From: Candidatus Anderseniibacteriota bacterium
GTDB lineage: Bacteria > Patescibacteriota > Andersenbacteria > UBA10190
Assembly (NCBI GenBank): GCA_052034485.1
Contig: JBPOIM010000029.1
Location: 1 to 54,163 of the forward strand
DNA length: 54,163 bases
Reading direction: 5' to 3'
Shown here: positions 44,558 to 52,567 of the stretch, piece after piece
How positions within the stretch are numbered: position 1 is the stretch's first letter
Layout of the letters: the number at the start of each line of letters is the position of its first letter
Position numbers and translations under genes: made by a program
Notes under the pieces: generated by a model
What the model was told of the DNA's origin: nothing
Seen by the model: only the letters and a program-made list of their open reading frames with translations
Databases searched by the model: none

Positions 44558-46948
44558 CTATTTGTGGATCCGTTTGTAGAACGTGAGGGTGTTTGAGCCG
44601 TTTTCTATGCCCTGTACTCGTTCCCAATCTTTTTCTAAGCCGCCTTCAATTTCGGAGTATTCCATAAGGAACGAAAATCCTGTCTGACCTTCTAAGAGGA
44701 ACCAGTTTGCATCGCGATACGCTTGTACCATGTCTTTCGCGGATGGAAGGAATGTTTCAATTCGTTTTGGATTGGTGCGGGTAAATTCGTACGCGTACCA
44801 TCGTGGATGAGCAATATCGAGTGATACTTGCTGGCCAGACATGTACGGAATGAGCGCAGCTCCGGTAAAGATTGGTTCGCCTGCTGGGATGTTTTCTTTT
44901 GCCCATGATGCTGCCTCTTTTGCTGCGCGCTGGCTAAAGGTGCCGGTGTGTTCAAATACGTACGTAATAAAGTTGGATACTGTTGCTGCCCACGCTGCCA
45001 CAACAATAAACGCAATTAATACACCACGCTTGAGCCACGTGTGTTGTATACGAGATGCGCTCGTTATAAAGTATTCCACGCCAACACCACCCATGACTGC
45101 AAGGGGGGGAATAAATTCGGAAATATAATTTGCGTGGAATTTAATCCAGTTCATATAGAAAAACGCCAAGCTGCCAACCCAAACAATTCCAAGCAATGAA
45201 CGCTCGTTGATATATCCTAAGAATGGTCGCCCGGTATTTTTTCTTGGAAGGAATGCGGCGAGTACTAGTAGAACGAAAAACAATGGCCATAGCATACTAA
45301 TTCCATATTTCATAAATGCTGCACCTTCGTATTCTGAGAAAAAGCTCCATGCCCACCAAAATACCCCCAGTGGAATAAGCCACAAAACTTTTTTCTTGAA
45401 TGAAAAACCTACGCCAAGAAGTGAAAGCAAAATAAGCGGAAGCGATTCACGGAAAAGGGGCGTCATTCCTCGAAGTGAATATGCGCGTACCTGTGCTACT
45501 TGTGATTCTTCAATGCTGGATACGCCATCTGAAGCGGAATTAATTCCGATTGCTTCTACTACGCCTTCTGTTCCATACACTCCGTATGCAGATGCGTAAA
45601 ATATCGCCAGCACTGCAAGAAAGCCTGCTCCAACAATAGCGGTATTTTTGAGCTTGTCTTTTATGGTTGGAGAAAGGTACAGCAATAGTAATACAACCGT
45701 AAGTCCTAACCCAAGCATGCTTTTTCGTGATGCTACTGCAAGCCCAATAACAATTCCTGAAGCAAGTGCCCACTTCCACGCACCTTTCTTTTCTTTGAGT
45801 GAGTATGCAAGAAGTGCGAGGCCAGATGTTCCAAAGAATATAGCAACGGGTTGGGTGTGCGTGTAAATAGTCGACACAATAGCCGTGCCCATAGTTGCCC
45901 ATAGCGCAGCAGAAAGCAGCCCGGCGCGCTTTTCCCAGAGTGTGCTCACAAGAAGATATACGGGGTATACAAGGCCTGCTCCTGCAACTGCGGAACCAAT
46001 GCGTCCTGCAAGCGCGGTATGCCCAAGGAGCGCTTCCCATAGTGCAGTCCACAAAATAAAGATTGGCGCTTTTACGTATCCGTCTCCTCCGGCAAGTTTG
46101 CCGTGTAGGAGTGTCCATGCGTCGTACAAGTAATTTCCTTCATCTACGGTAAATGGAAGAGAGCGCGCATAAAATATGCGAACAATGAGCGCAACAAGTG
46201 CGATGCCCCCGAGTAGGTACGATACGCGTACAATGCGTGATGTTTTAAAGAGATATGTTGCAAAGAGTATAAACAATGCAACTGGAAGAAATGCCCCAGC
46301 CCATAGCGTGTATAGTTGGCGTCGACTGTGCCAGGTAGATACAAACGTATGTACGGCAGCTTTCACTTGGCGTACAAGGTGAACACCAAGCGGAACGTTG
46401 TGTGATATTTCAAATGAAAGGTCGATAGGCTGCTTCCCTGCTGCCTGCAGCGCTTGTGGCGGAAGCGTGCTTGCTCCTTCTCGAACAATGTATGCGACTC
46501 CACCTGGGTACGGATCAGTATTTGCAATGTTTACTGCAACGGCGTCTCCATGCGTGCTTCCTGGAGATGTAAGGGTAAAGAAAAATGTTTTGCCAGCAGA
46601 TTTAGCTATAGGAGAAAACGAAAACGCATAGAATTGGTTATCACCAAAATCTTTTGGATTTACCGATACGGTACGCAGTGGGTTTTCAGTAGAAACGGAA
46701 TCGTACAGGTGTAATACAACGGGATGCGTGTTGTTACGCCCAGAATATGTTGCCAGCATGACGCTTACGCCAGAGAGCATATTCTCTGAAGAGGTAAACG
46801 TTTGGCCAATAAGAGCATCTCCAAGGAGTTCCCCGGCATTTTGGGTGCGTTCTGTTTGGGTTGGAGTAAGCTCGGGAACGCGAACAAAGAGAAGCCCCGC
46901 AATGGCAATACAGGCAATAATTGCCATAATCCAGGAAGTTTTCTTCAT
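44558..46948 (-). CDS. Large GT-C glycosyltransferase (family 39/ArnT-like) with an N-terminal extracytoplasmic domain
   Basis: 796 aa with more than 12 TM helices and the first-loop DE motif (LPFTVDEGNYLYDAW). The ~200-aa N-terminal soluble domain follows a signal anchor. Confidence 0.7.
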   Translation of the reverse strand: MKKTSWIMAIIACIAIAGLLFVRVPELTPTQTERTQNAGELLGDALIGQTFTSSENMLSGVSVMLATYSGRNNTHPVVLHLYDSVSTENPLRTVSVNPKDFGDNQFYAFSFSPIAKSAGKTFFFTLTSPGSTHGDAVAVNIANTDPYPGGVAYIVREGASTLPPQALQAAGKQPIDLSFEISHNVPLGVHLVRQVKAAVHTFVSTWHSRRQLYTLWAGAFLPVALFILFATYLFKTSRIVRVSYLLGGIALVALIVRIFYARSLPFTVDEGNYLYDAWTLLHGKLAGGDGYVKAPIFILWTALWEALLGHTALAGRIGSAVAGAGLVYPVYLLVSTLWEKRAGLLSAALWATMGTAIVSTIYTHTQPVAIFFGTSGLALLAYSLKEKKGAWKWALASGIVIGLAVASRKSMLGLGLTVVLLLLYLSPTIKDKLKNTAIVGAGFLAVLAIFYASAYGVYGTEGVVEAIGINSASDGVSSIEESQVAQVRAYSLRGMTPLFRESLPLILLSLLGVGFSFKKKVLWLIPLGVFWWAWSFFSEYEGAAFMKYGISMLWPLFFVLLVLAAFLPRKNTGRPFLGYINERSLLGIVWVGSLAFFYMNWIKFHANYISEFIPPLAVMGGVGVEYFITSASRIQHTWLKRGVLIAFIVVAAWAATVSNFITYVFEHTGTFSQRAAKEAASWAKENIPAGEPIFTGAALIPYMSGQQVSLDIAHPRWYAYEFTRTNPKRIETFLPSAKDMVQAYRDANWFLLEGQTGFSFLMEYSEIEGGLEKDWERVQGIENGSNTLTFYKRIHK

Positions 46949-46974
46949 GTCGAAAGTATACTCTTATAGCCTAT

Positions 46975-47000
46975 AAAACAAAAAACCCGCCAGGGGCGGG
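46975..47000 (-). terminator. Rho-independent terminator ending the ribosomal-protein operon
   Basis: Minus strand: CCCGCC-CCT-GGCGGG followed by TTTTTTG. It lies 8 nt after the rpsI stop. Confidence 0.85.
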
Positions 47001-47007
47001 AGTTTTG

Positions 47008-47400
47008 TTATCGTTTTGAGAACTGTGGTGCTCGGCGAGCGCCTTTGAGTCCTGGCTTCTTTCGTTCTTTTGCTCGAGAGTCTCGGCTTAGTAGGCTTAA
47101 TGCCTTAAGCTGCTTTCGGAACCCTTCGTCTACTCCAACGAGTGCGCGGGCAATACCAAGGGAAACGGCCTCGACTTGGGATTGCTTTCCGCCTCCGGAA
47201 ACTTTTACCTTTAATCCAAATTCAGAATCTTGAGATGTTACTGTTAGTGGCTGAATAGCAGTCATTTGCATGGCGAGTGATGGGAAGTACTCAGTAAGAG
47301 GAATTCCATTTACTGTGCGTTCTGTAACTTCGTCCGTAAGCAATACGCGAGCTACGGATGTTTTGCGTCGGCCTAGGCCGTGCTTGAGATCTGTTTTCAT
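47008..47400 (-). CDS. rpsI: 30S ribosomal protein S9
   Basis: Reads GRRKTSVARV...GGGKQSQVEAVSLGIARAL... with C-terminal ...KKPGLKGARRAPQFSKR. Confidence 0.95.
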   Translation of the reverse strand: MKTDLKHGLGRRKTSVARVLLTDEVTERTVNGIPLTEYFPSLAMQMTAIQPLTVTSQDSEFGLKVKVSGGGKQSQVEAVSLGIARALVGVDEGFRKQLKALSLLSRDSRAKERKKPGLKGARRAPQFSKR

Positions 47401-47813
47401 ACTTGCTCTCCTTTCACCTGAGCCATGTGTGGGTGGTCAGCGCCCTTGTAGATATAAAGATTTCTCATTCGAGAAGCGCGAAGTCTGTTTTTTGGAAGCA
47501 TTCCTTCAACAGCATTTCGGATAACTTCAGTAGAATCGATTCGCATTTGTTCTGCGAGAGAACGTTCTTTTAATCCGCCGTGGTACCCAGTGTAGTGGCG
47601 GTACATTTTCTGATCTTCTTTCTTTCCTGTTGTTTTAAGGTTATCGCTGTTTACGACAACAACGCGAACAGGAGATGCTTTATGCTTCTCTGAATCTGTT
47701 CGGTGCTTTCCGAGCAAGAGTGATGCAATAGATGTTGCAAGACGTCCAAGTGTGTTGCTCTTCGCATCAACGAGGTGCCATTCGAGATTTTCGCTTGTGT
47801 ACTGTATAGCCAT
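47397..47813 (-). CDS. rplM: 50S ribosomal protein L13
   Basis: Reads WHLVDAKSNTLGRLAT.IASLL.GKH......YTGY.GG... 4-nt overlap with rpsI. Confidence 0.95.
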   Translation of the reverse strand: MAIQYTSENLEWHLVDAKSNTLGRLATSIASLLLGKHRTDSEKHKASPVRVVVVNSDNLKTTGKKEDQKMYRHYTGYHGGLKERSLAEQMRIDSTEVIRNAVEGMLPKNRLRASRMRNLYIYKGADHPHMAQVKGEQV

Positions 47814-47835
47814 AGGTCGTATAGGAAGATAAGTA

Positions 47836-48198
47836 TTATGCCTCTTGGCCTACAATGTCAACGCGAGCCATAGAAGCGGCATCTGTTCGGTTTATCGGAA
47901 GCTTGGTAACTCGAAGGTATCCACCTTCTCGCTTCGCATGCTTTTTTGCTACTGCAAGGAGTACCGGAAGATCCGTTTCCATCATTAATGAGGAAACAAG
48001 TCGTCGGCGGTTCGCAAGCGTAAGTTCACCTTTTGCTTTGGTAACAAGTGGTTCAAAGTATCGGCGTAATTCCTTTGCCTTTGCCTCGGTTGTAACAATA
48101 GAGCCATGCTCAAGAAGCGAGCTTACAAGGTTCTTCATAAGGTGGCTTCGCTGTTGGGAATTCCTCCCGAGTATTCGGTTGTTCTTTTTCTTACGCAT
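47836..48198 (-). CDS. rplQ: 50S ribosomal protein L17
   Basis: Reads LGRNSQQRSHLMKNLVSSLLEHGSIVTTEAKAKELRRYFEPLVTKAK. Confidence 0.95.
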   Translation of the reverse strand: MRKKKNNRILGRNSQQRSHLMKNLVSSLLEHGSIVTTEAKAKELRRYFEPLVTKAKGELTLANRRRLVSSLMMETDLPVLLAVAKKHAKREGGYLRVTKLPINRTDAASMARVDIVGQEA

Positions 48199-48201
48199 GG
48201 G

Positions 48202-49188
48202 TTATTCGTTAGATTCTTCTTCTTTAGCGGCGCGATCTTCTTTCATCTTTTTGATGAATTCGTCTCGTGCAGCTGCAACGTCTTGTACTGCCTTCGCTCC
48301 AAGTCCTGGAATGTCGCTGATTTGTTCGTCGGACAATTCCATAACTTGGTCAACAGTTGTAATTCCAACTCGTTCGAGTGCGTTGTGTACGCGAGATGGA
48401 AGCTGGAGAAGGTTCAAGGTGTTTTCTGGAGCGTATGCTTCTTCGCTTTCCTCTTCCTCAATAATTTCCATCTGTGGTCGGCGACCAGTAAGAGTCTGTG
48501 TGAAGTCTTCTGTAAGTTGTGCAAAGTGATCGCGGAGAATAGACGCAGCCTGTTGGAGCGCTACCTTTGGAGTAATGCTTCCATTAGTTGTGATTGTCAT
48601 TTGCAATGCATGGTAATCAGTTGCTTGCCCTACGCGAACGTTTTCAACTGCGAAGCTTACGCGCTCAACAGGAGTAAATACTGCATCGAGTGCAATTGTT
48701 CCAATGTTTCGAGCTTTTGGATCCTGTGTTTCGGAAGGAACATATCCACGACCTTGTTCAACAGTACAAGTAAGTTCAAATGAAGCATTGTCTGTTGTAA
48801 GAGATGCAATAACGTGATCAGGGTTTATAACAGTTACTTCTGGTGGAAGGTTAAAATCTTTTGCGGTAACAACTCCCTTTCCTTTCTTTTCAAGACGAAT
48901 TTCAATTGGATCTTTGCTTGTAGAAGATACGCGAATCCCCTTTACGTTTAACATGATAGAAACAATGTCTTCTTTTACGCCTTCGAGTGCAGAGAATTCA
49001 TGGTCTACATGCTCTACCTTCATTTGTGTGATTGCAGCTCCTGGAAGAGATGATAATAGTACTCGGCGAAGTGCATTGCCGATTGTTGGTCCGTATCCTG
49101 GGTGGTATGGCTTAATAGTGAAGTGGGTTGTGTTTGTGCCCTCTTCCTTCGCATCTACTTCTTCTGGGAGATAAATTTCTTGTAACAT
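48202..49188 (-). CDS. rpoA: DNA-directed RNA polymerase subunit alpha
   Basis: N-terminal domain GYGPTIGNALRRVLLSSLPGAA and C-terminal domain ...LPSRVHNALERVGITTVDQ... Confidence 0.95.
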   Translation of the reverse strand: MLQEIYLPEEVDAKEEGTNTTHFTIKPYHPGYGPTIGNALRRVLLSSLPGAAITQMKVEHVDHEFSALEGVKEDIVSIMLNVKGIRVSSTSKDPIEIRLEKKGKGVVTAKDFNLPPEVTVINPDHVIASLTTDNASFELTCTVEQGRGYVPSETQDPKARNIGTIALDAVFTPVERVSFAVENVRVGQATDYHALQMTITTNGSITPKVALQQAASILRDHFAQLTEDFTQTLTGRRPQMEIIEEEESEEAYAPENTLNLLQLPSRVHNALERVGITTVDQVMELSDEQISDIPGLGAKAVQDVAAARDEFIKKMKEDRAAKEEESNE

Positions 49189-49226
49189 AGTGATGTAAAT
49201 AAATCGTTGTTAATAAAAGTCTTGAA

Positions 49227-49790
49227 CTAGCGGGCAAAGAATTCTACAACGGCCCGAACGTCTACTCCGATATTCGCTTCTTCGTATGACGGAACGCCAG
49301 TCACCTTAAAGCTGAATTCAGGTGCGTTTACGAGAATCCAGGAAGGGGTGTCTACGTTCTGCATGCGCTTTTCGAATGAAGAGAAGTATGCCTTTTTCTG
49401 TTTGTTTGGAAGAACAGAAACTACATCTCCTTCTTTGAGTGAGTACGAAGGAACATCTACTGCTCGGCCGTTTACTGCAAAGAGTCGGTGTGTTGCCATC
49501 TGGCGAGCCTGCGGACGAGTTTGCGCAAAACCTGCTCGGAAAATTGCATTGTCGAGGCGGCGTTCCAAGAGAGAGATAAGAGTAGGACCAGTTTGCCCAC
49601 GGAATTTGAGTGCATGTTCGTAGTATCGGCGAAGTTGTTCTTCGCGAAGGCCAAACACGTTCTTTAATGTTTGCTTTTCAGCAAGACCTGCTCCGTAGCG
49701 GCTTACTTGGCGGCGTCGGCGCTGTTGCTGCTGTGGGGGCCTATTTTGCTGTGTAGGCTGTTGGGTTGGTGTAGGTGATGGTTGTGACAT
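49227..49790 (-). CDS. rpsD: 30S ribosomal protein S4 with atypical P/Q-rich N-terminus
   Basis: Core LLERRLDNAIFRAGFAQTRPQARQMATHRLFAVNGRAVDVPSYSLKEGD (S4 domain). The first ~25 aa are MSQPSPTPTQQPTQQNRPPQQQQRRRR rather than the usual MARY.GP..K..RR.G. Confidence 0.9.
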   Translation of the reverse strand: MSQPSPTPTQQPTQQNRPPQQQQRRRRQVSRYGAGLAEKQTLKNVFGLREEQLRRYYEHALKFRGQTGPTLISLLERRLDNAIFRAGFAQTRPQARQMATHRLFAVNGRAVDVPSYSLKEGDVVSVLPNKQKKAYFSSFEKRMQNVDTPSWILVNAPEFSFKVTGVPSYEEANIGVDVRAVVEFFAR

Positions 49791-49802
49791 AGGTGGTAGT
49801 GG

Positions 49803-50216
49803 TTATACGCGGCGTCGGCGTGGTGGGCGAACTCCGTTGTGAGGAATAGGAGTAATGTCGCGGATAGAAGTGATAGTAATTCCTGCTCCACCGATTGCTC
49901 GGATTGCAGAATCGCGAGCGCTTCCGATTCCCTTTACGATTACTTTTGCTTCTTCCATTCCAAATGGCTTGAGCTGTTCAATAACGTTTGCAACAGCTTG
50001 CATAGCAGCGTATGGGGTTGCTTTTCGTGTTCCAGAAAATCCTACTCGACCAGAGCTGCTCCATGCGAGGACTGCGCCTGCAGGGTCGCTTACGGAAACG
50101 AGCGTGTTGTTGTAGGTGGACTTAATATGAATAATGCCAGACTTCACCTTTCGGCGAGACTTAGACTTTTTTGGTTTGCCGGCTGTTTTCGGCTTGATTG
50201 ATGATGCAGTTGCCAT
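49803..50216 (-). CDS. rpsK: 30S ribosomal protein S11
   Basis: Reads GIIHIKSTYNNTLVSVSDPAGAVLAWSSSG..GF.G.RK.TPYAA...PHNG.RPP..RRV. Confidence 0.95.
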   Translation of the reverse strand: MATASSIKPKTAGKPKKSKSRRKVKSGIIHIKSTYNNTLVSVSDPAGAVLAWSSSGRVGFSGTRKATPYAAMQAVANVIEQLKPFGMEEAKVIVKGIGSARDSAIRAIGGAGITITSIRDITPIPHNGVRPPRRRRV

Positions 50217-50225
50217 AGGAGTATA

Positions 50226-50618
50226 TTATGTCTTTTCGTTAGTAGACTTTCGTCCAGATCCAGCTGTCTTACGAACGTTTCCTCGTACGGTGCGAGAGTT
50301 TGTCTTCGTACGCTGTCCTCGTACAGGAAGGTGACGTGCGTGCCGGATACCGCGGTATGAATTAATGTCTCGGTGGTGTTTAATGTTCATTGCAACATCG
50401 CGACGGAGTTCCCCCTCTACTCGCATGTTCTTTTCGATATATTCGCGAAGTTTTTGTTCTTCTGTTTCTGTTAAATCTCGAGTAAGAACATCATGTTTGA
50501 TTTCTAGCTCGTTTAAGATTTTTGCAGAAGCTGATCGGCCGATTCCGTAGATATCGGTCAATGCAAATAAGATAGTCTTTTTATCTTGGAGTGTTATTCC
50601 ACTAATACGAATAGGCAT
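50226..50618 (-). CDS. rpsM: 30S ribosomal protein S13
   Basis: Reads PIRISGITLQDKKTILFALTDIYGIGRSASAKIL...YRGIRHARHLPVRGQRTKTNSRT. Confidence 0.95.
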   Translation of the reverse strand: MPIRISGITLQDKKTILFALTDIYGIGRSASAKILNELEIKHDVLTRDLTETEEQKLREYIEKNMRVEGELRRDVAMNIKHHRDINSYRGIRHARHLPVRGQRTKTNSRTVRGNVRKTAGSGRKSTNEKT

Positions 50619-50621
50619 AGG

Positions 50622-50735
50622 TTATCGTTGTCGTTGCTTATGTTTTGGATTTTCACAAATAACAACCACTCGCCCCTTTCGACGGGTTGTTTTGCACTTA
50701 GCGCACATTTTTTTTACTGATGCTCGTACTTTCAT
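50622..50735 (-). CDS. rpmJ: 50S ribosomal protein L36
   Basis: Not in the ORF track because it is too short. Hand translation gives [37 protein letters not shown] with stop TAA at 50624..50622. Confidence 0.93.
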   Translation of the reverse strand: MKVRASVKKMCAKCKTTRRKGRVVVICENPKHKQRQR

Positions 50736-50738
50736 ATG

Positions 50739-50957
50739 TTATTGCAGTCGAAGGATAATTCTTCCCTTAGTAAGGTCGTATGCTGACATCTCGACCCGTA
50801 CTCTGTCCCCTGGCATGACGCGGATCCTATGGACTCGCATTTTGCCGCTGAGGTGCCCGATGATTTCTTGACCAGTGTCGAGCTGGACTCGAAATTGGGT
50901 GTTTGGGAGAGTGTCTGTCACTTCCCCATCTACTTCGACGGTATTAGGCTTTGGCAG
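50739..50957 (-). CDS. infA: Translation initiation factor IF-1 (start codon uncertain: CTG 50957 proposed; first canonical start is GTG 50921)
   Basis: Reads ...TVEVDGEVTDTLPNTQFRVQLDTGQEIIGHLSGKMRVHRIRVMPGDRVRVEMSAYDLTKGRIILR. IF-1 homology extends 12 codons upstream of the ORF-track GTG. The frame is open only back to 50975 and has no ATG, GTG or TTG there. Confidence 0.8.
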   Translation of the reverse strand: MPKPNTVEVDGEVTDTLPNTQFRVQLDTGQEIIGHLSGKMRVHRIRVMPGDRVRVEMSAYDLTKGRIILRLQ

Positions 50958-51073
50958 ATCGTAAAATATTATGAATCAAAATGCCTGCATCTTGCAGACA
51001 CAGGCTTGCGGAGCATCTTTCTAAAGGAAGATAGATGCGCGGCTGCCCGAAGTCGTGAAGCGCAGATAAAACT

Positions 51074-51102
51074 ATAATATATGAGGCTTTTTAGGCTGTC
51101 AA
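51074..51102 (-). promoter_or_regulatory. Near-consensus promoter TTGACA-17-TATTAT for the infA-to-rpsI operon
   Basis: Minus-strand TTGACA at 51102..51097 and TATTAT at 51079..51074. The leader to infA is about 110 nt. Confidence 0.6.
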
Positions 51103-51120
51103 GTCGCCTCTGGGGGCCTT

Positions 51121-52524
51121 TTATATATCCCTATCAGAAGAGAGTTTAATATCGATTCGTGATTGGATTTCTGGGATGCCTTGTACCCAGAATGGTGATA
51201 GGTCTATTTTTGCGCTTTGGACTCCTGGAAGGCCCTGGAGGTAGTTAATAGCCTCTTCTTTGCTACGGCCCGCAAGTTTGTCTTTGAGGGTAGCAATAGA
51301 GAATGTTGGAATGGTGGTATGAGTTACCCGAGCCGTAATGGCAACCTGGCCAGTATCCCAGTTCGTTTTATCTACTGCCTTTGTGTATGAAATTGGCCCT
51401 GGGAACAGCATATAGTCTTTTGAGAGCGCTGCTTGAAGCGCACCCTCGAGGCTTTTCATGAGAGTGTCTTCTTGAAACGCTATGACTCGTACGGTTGCAT
51501 TTGCGGTGTAGGTAATTGCGTCAATGTGGTCACCAACTTTTCCTGTTGGGGTAAAGGTGGTGAGTTTTGCATCCCAGCTTTCATCGAGGAGCGACCAGCC
51601 TTTTTGGAGTTGGCTTTTTGCTGCCTGCTCTACCTGTGCTTTTGCTTGAGCTTGAGCTGCTGCCTTTGCTTGTTCAAGGTCTGCATCTTGTACAACCTTT
51701 ACTTCATCCCCGGTTCCGCCAGAAAATGTTCCAACACTTTGCCCGTATACAACTTGCTGCCCGCCTGCATCGAGCGCGGCAAAATCAAGCCGTTGTGCAG
51801 CAATGTTTCCTTGCGGGCCTGCTTCCGCTGCTTCCACCTGTACTTCTGTGCTTGCAACTCCGCCCGAGCTTGCAGCCGGAATGGTTGCAGATCCTACCAT
51901 GTAAAAGAGAATTCCGTCTTTCGTAACCAAGCGGCTTTTCTCTTTAATCTTTTGCTCGTCGAATGTTTTGTTTATGAGCTGAACGGTTCCCTTTGCTTTT
52001 GTTCCTACTTTTTCTGTACTGGTAACAGGAGAGCTTCCCTGTACATCTACGGTCTGATTAAACACGCTCCCGGGAACTGAATTTGGCGCAGAGGCTGGGT
52101 CTGTTGCAATAGTAAGTTTTTGATCAATGAGAAGCGGATCTGTTTTTACAATAAGGGAAATGGCTGCTTTCGGAAGGAATATAAATAGTGCAATTGCGAC
52201 CATGAGCCCAACAACTCCAAGGAGAGAAAGCAAAATGGTACGCTCTTTTCTGCCGAGGTGCATAGAGCTTCGTCTTTTCTTTGAGTGTTTTTTCGTAGAA
52301 GTATCTACCGTTGCAAATAGCGGACGGCGCTCCATGGTAACCTCGTCGGGCTTTGGAACCTGAACATTTGTAACGGATACTTTTGATTCGGCAAACCGCT
52401 TGTGGGATGCAGAAGCGCGCTTTGCCTGTTTTGCGTACAGTTTTGAAGCCTCTGGCTCAAGCCCCTCCGGCGCCTTGTGGTGTGGAGGCTTCTTCATCTT
52501 GCCTGTAGGCTTTATATCTCTCAT
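51121..52524 (-). CDS. Membrane-anchored protein with basic N-terminus and baseplate-J(gp47)-like extracytoplasmic region (tentative)
   Basis: 467 aa. K/R-rich cytoplasmic head and one TM (ILLSLLGVVGLMVAIALFIFL). Then a ...GTKAKGTVQLINKTF...IPAASSGGVASTEVQVEAAEAGPQGNIAA... pattern recalled from baseplate-J-like annotations. Confidence 0.45.
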   Translation of the reverse strand: MRDIKPTGKMKKPPHHKAPEGLEPEASKLYAKQAKRASASHKRFAESKVSVTNVQVPKPDEVTMERRPLFATVDTSTKKHSKKRRSSMHLGRKERTILLSLLGVVGLMVAIALFIFLPKAAISLIVKTDPLLIDQKLTIATDPASAPNSVPGSVFNQTVDVQGSSPVTSTEKVGTKAKGTVQLINKTFDEQKIKEKSRLVTKDGILFYMVGSATIPAASSGGVASTEVQVEAAEAGPQGNIAAQRLDFAALDAGGQQVVYGQSVGTFSGGTGDEVKVVQDADLEQAKAAAQAQAKAQVEQAAKSQLQKGWSLLDESWDAKLTTFTPTGKVGDHIDAITYTANATVRVIAFQEDTLMKSLEGALQAALSKDYMLFPGPISYTKAVDKTNWDTGQVAITARVTHTTIPTFSIATLKDKLAGRSKEEAINYLQGLPGVQSAKIDLSPFWVQGIPEIQSRIDIKLSSDRDI

Positions 52525-52567
52525 TGGAGTTAGTATATCCTACCCAGCTCGGAAATAAAACGCTGCT

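Noticed and set aside
47855-48783. Two long plus-strand ORFs (224 and 225 aa) that suggest hidden genes.
   Set aside because: They lie antisense to rplQ and rpoA, whose minus-strand products are unmistakable. Their sequences are S/C/F-rich, typical of antisense frames. The same reasoning applies to 16550..17248, 11492..12160, 13495..14094, 14300..14908, 23156..23734 and 51433..52080.
50708-50716. An A8/T9 homopolymer run considered as a slippery or phase-variable tract.
   Set aside because: It simply encodes Val-Lys-Lys (GTA AAA AAA) within the conserved L36 sequence [11 protein letters not shown]. The frame is intact.
51121-52524. The baseplate-J-like gene as evidence of a prophage or contractile injection system.
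   Set aside because: It is a single gene flanked by alaS and the r-protein operon. There are no tail, sheath, tube, integrase or other phage genes in the window.
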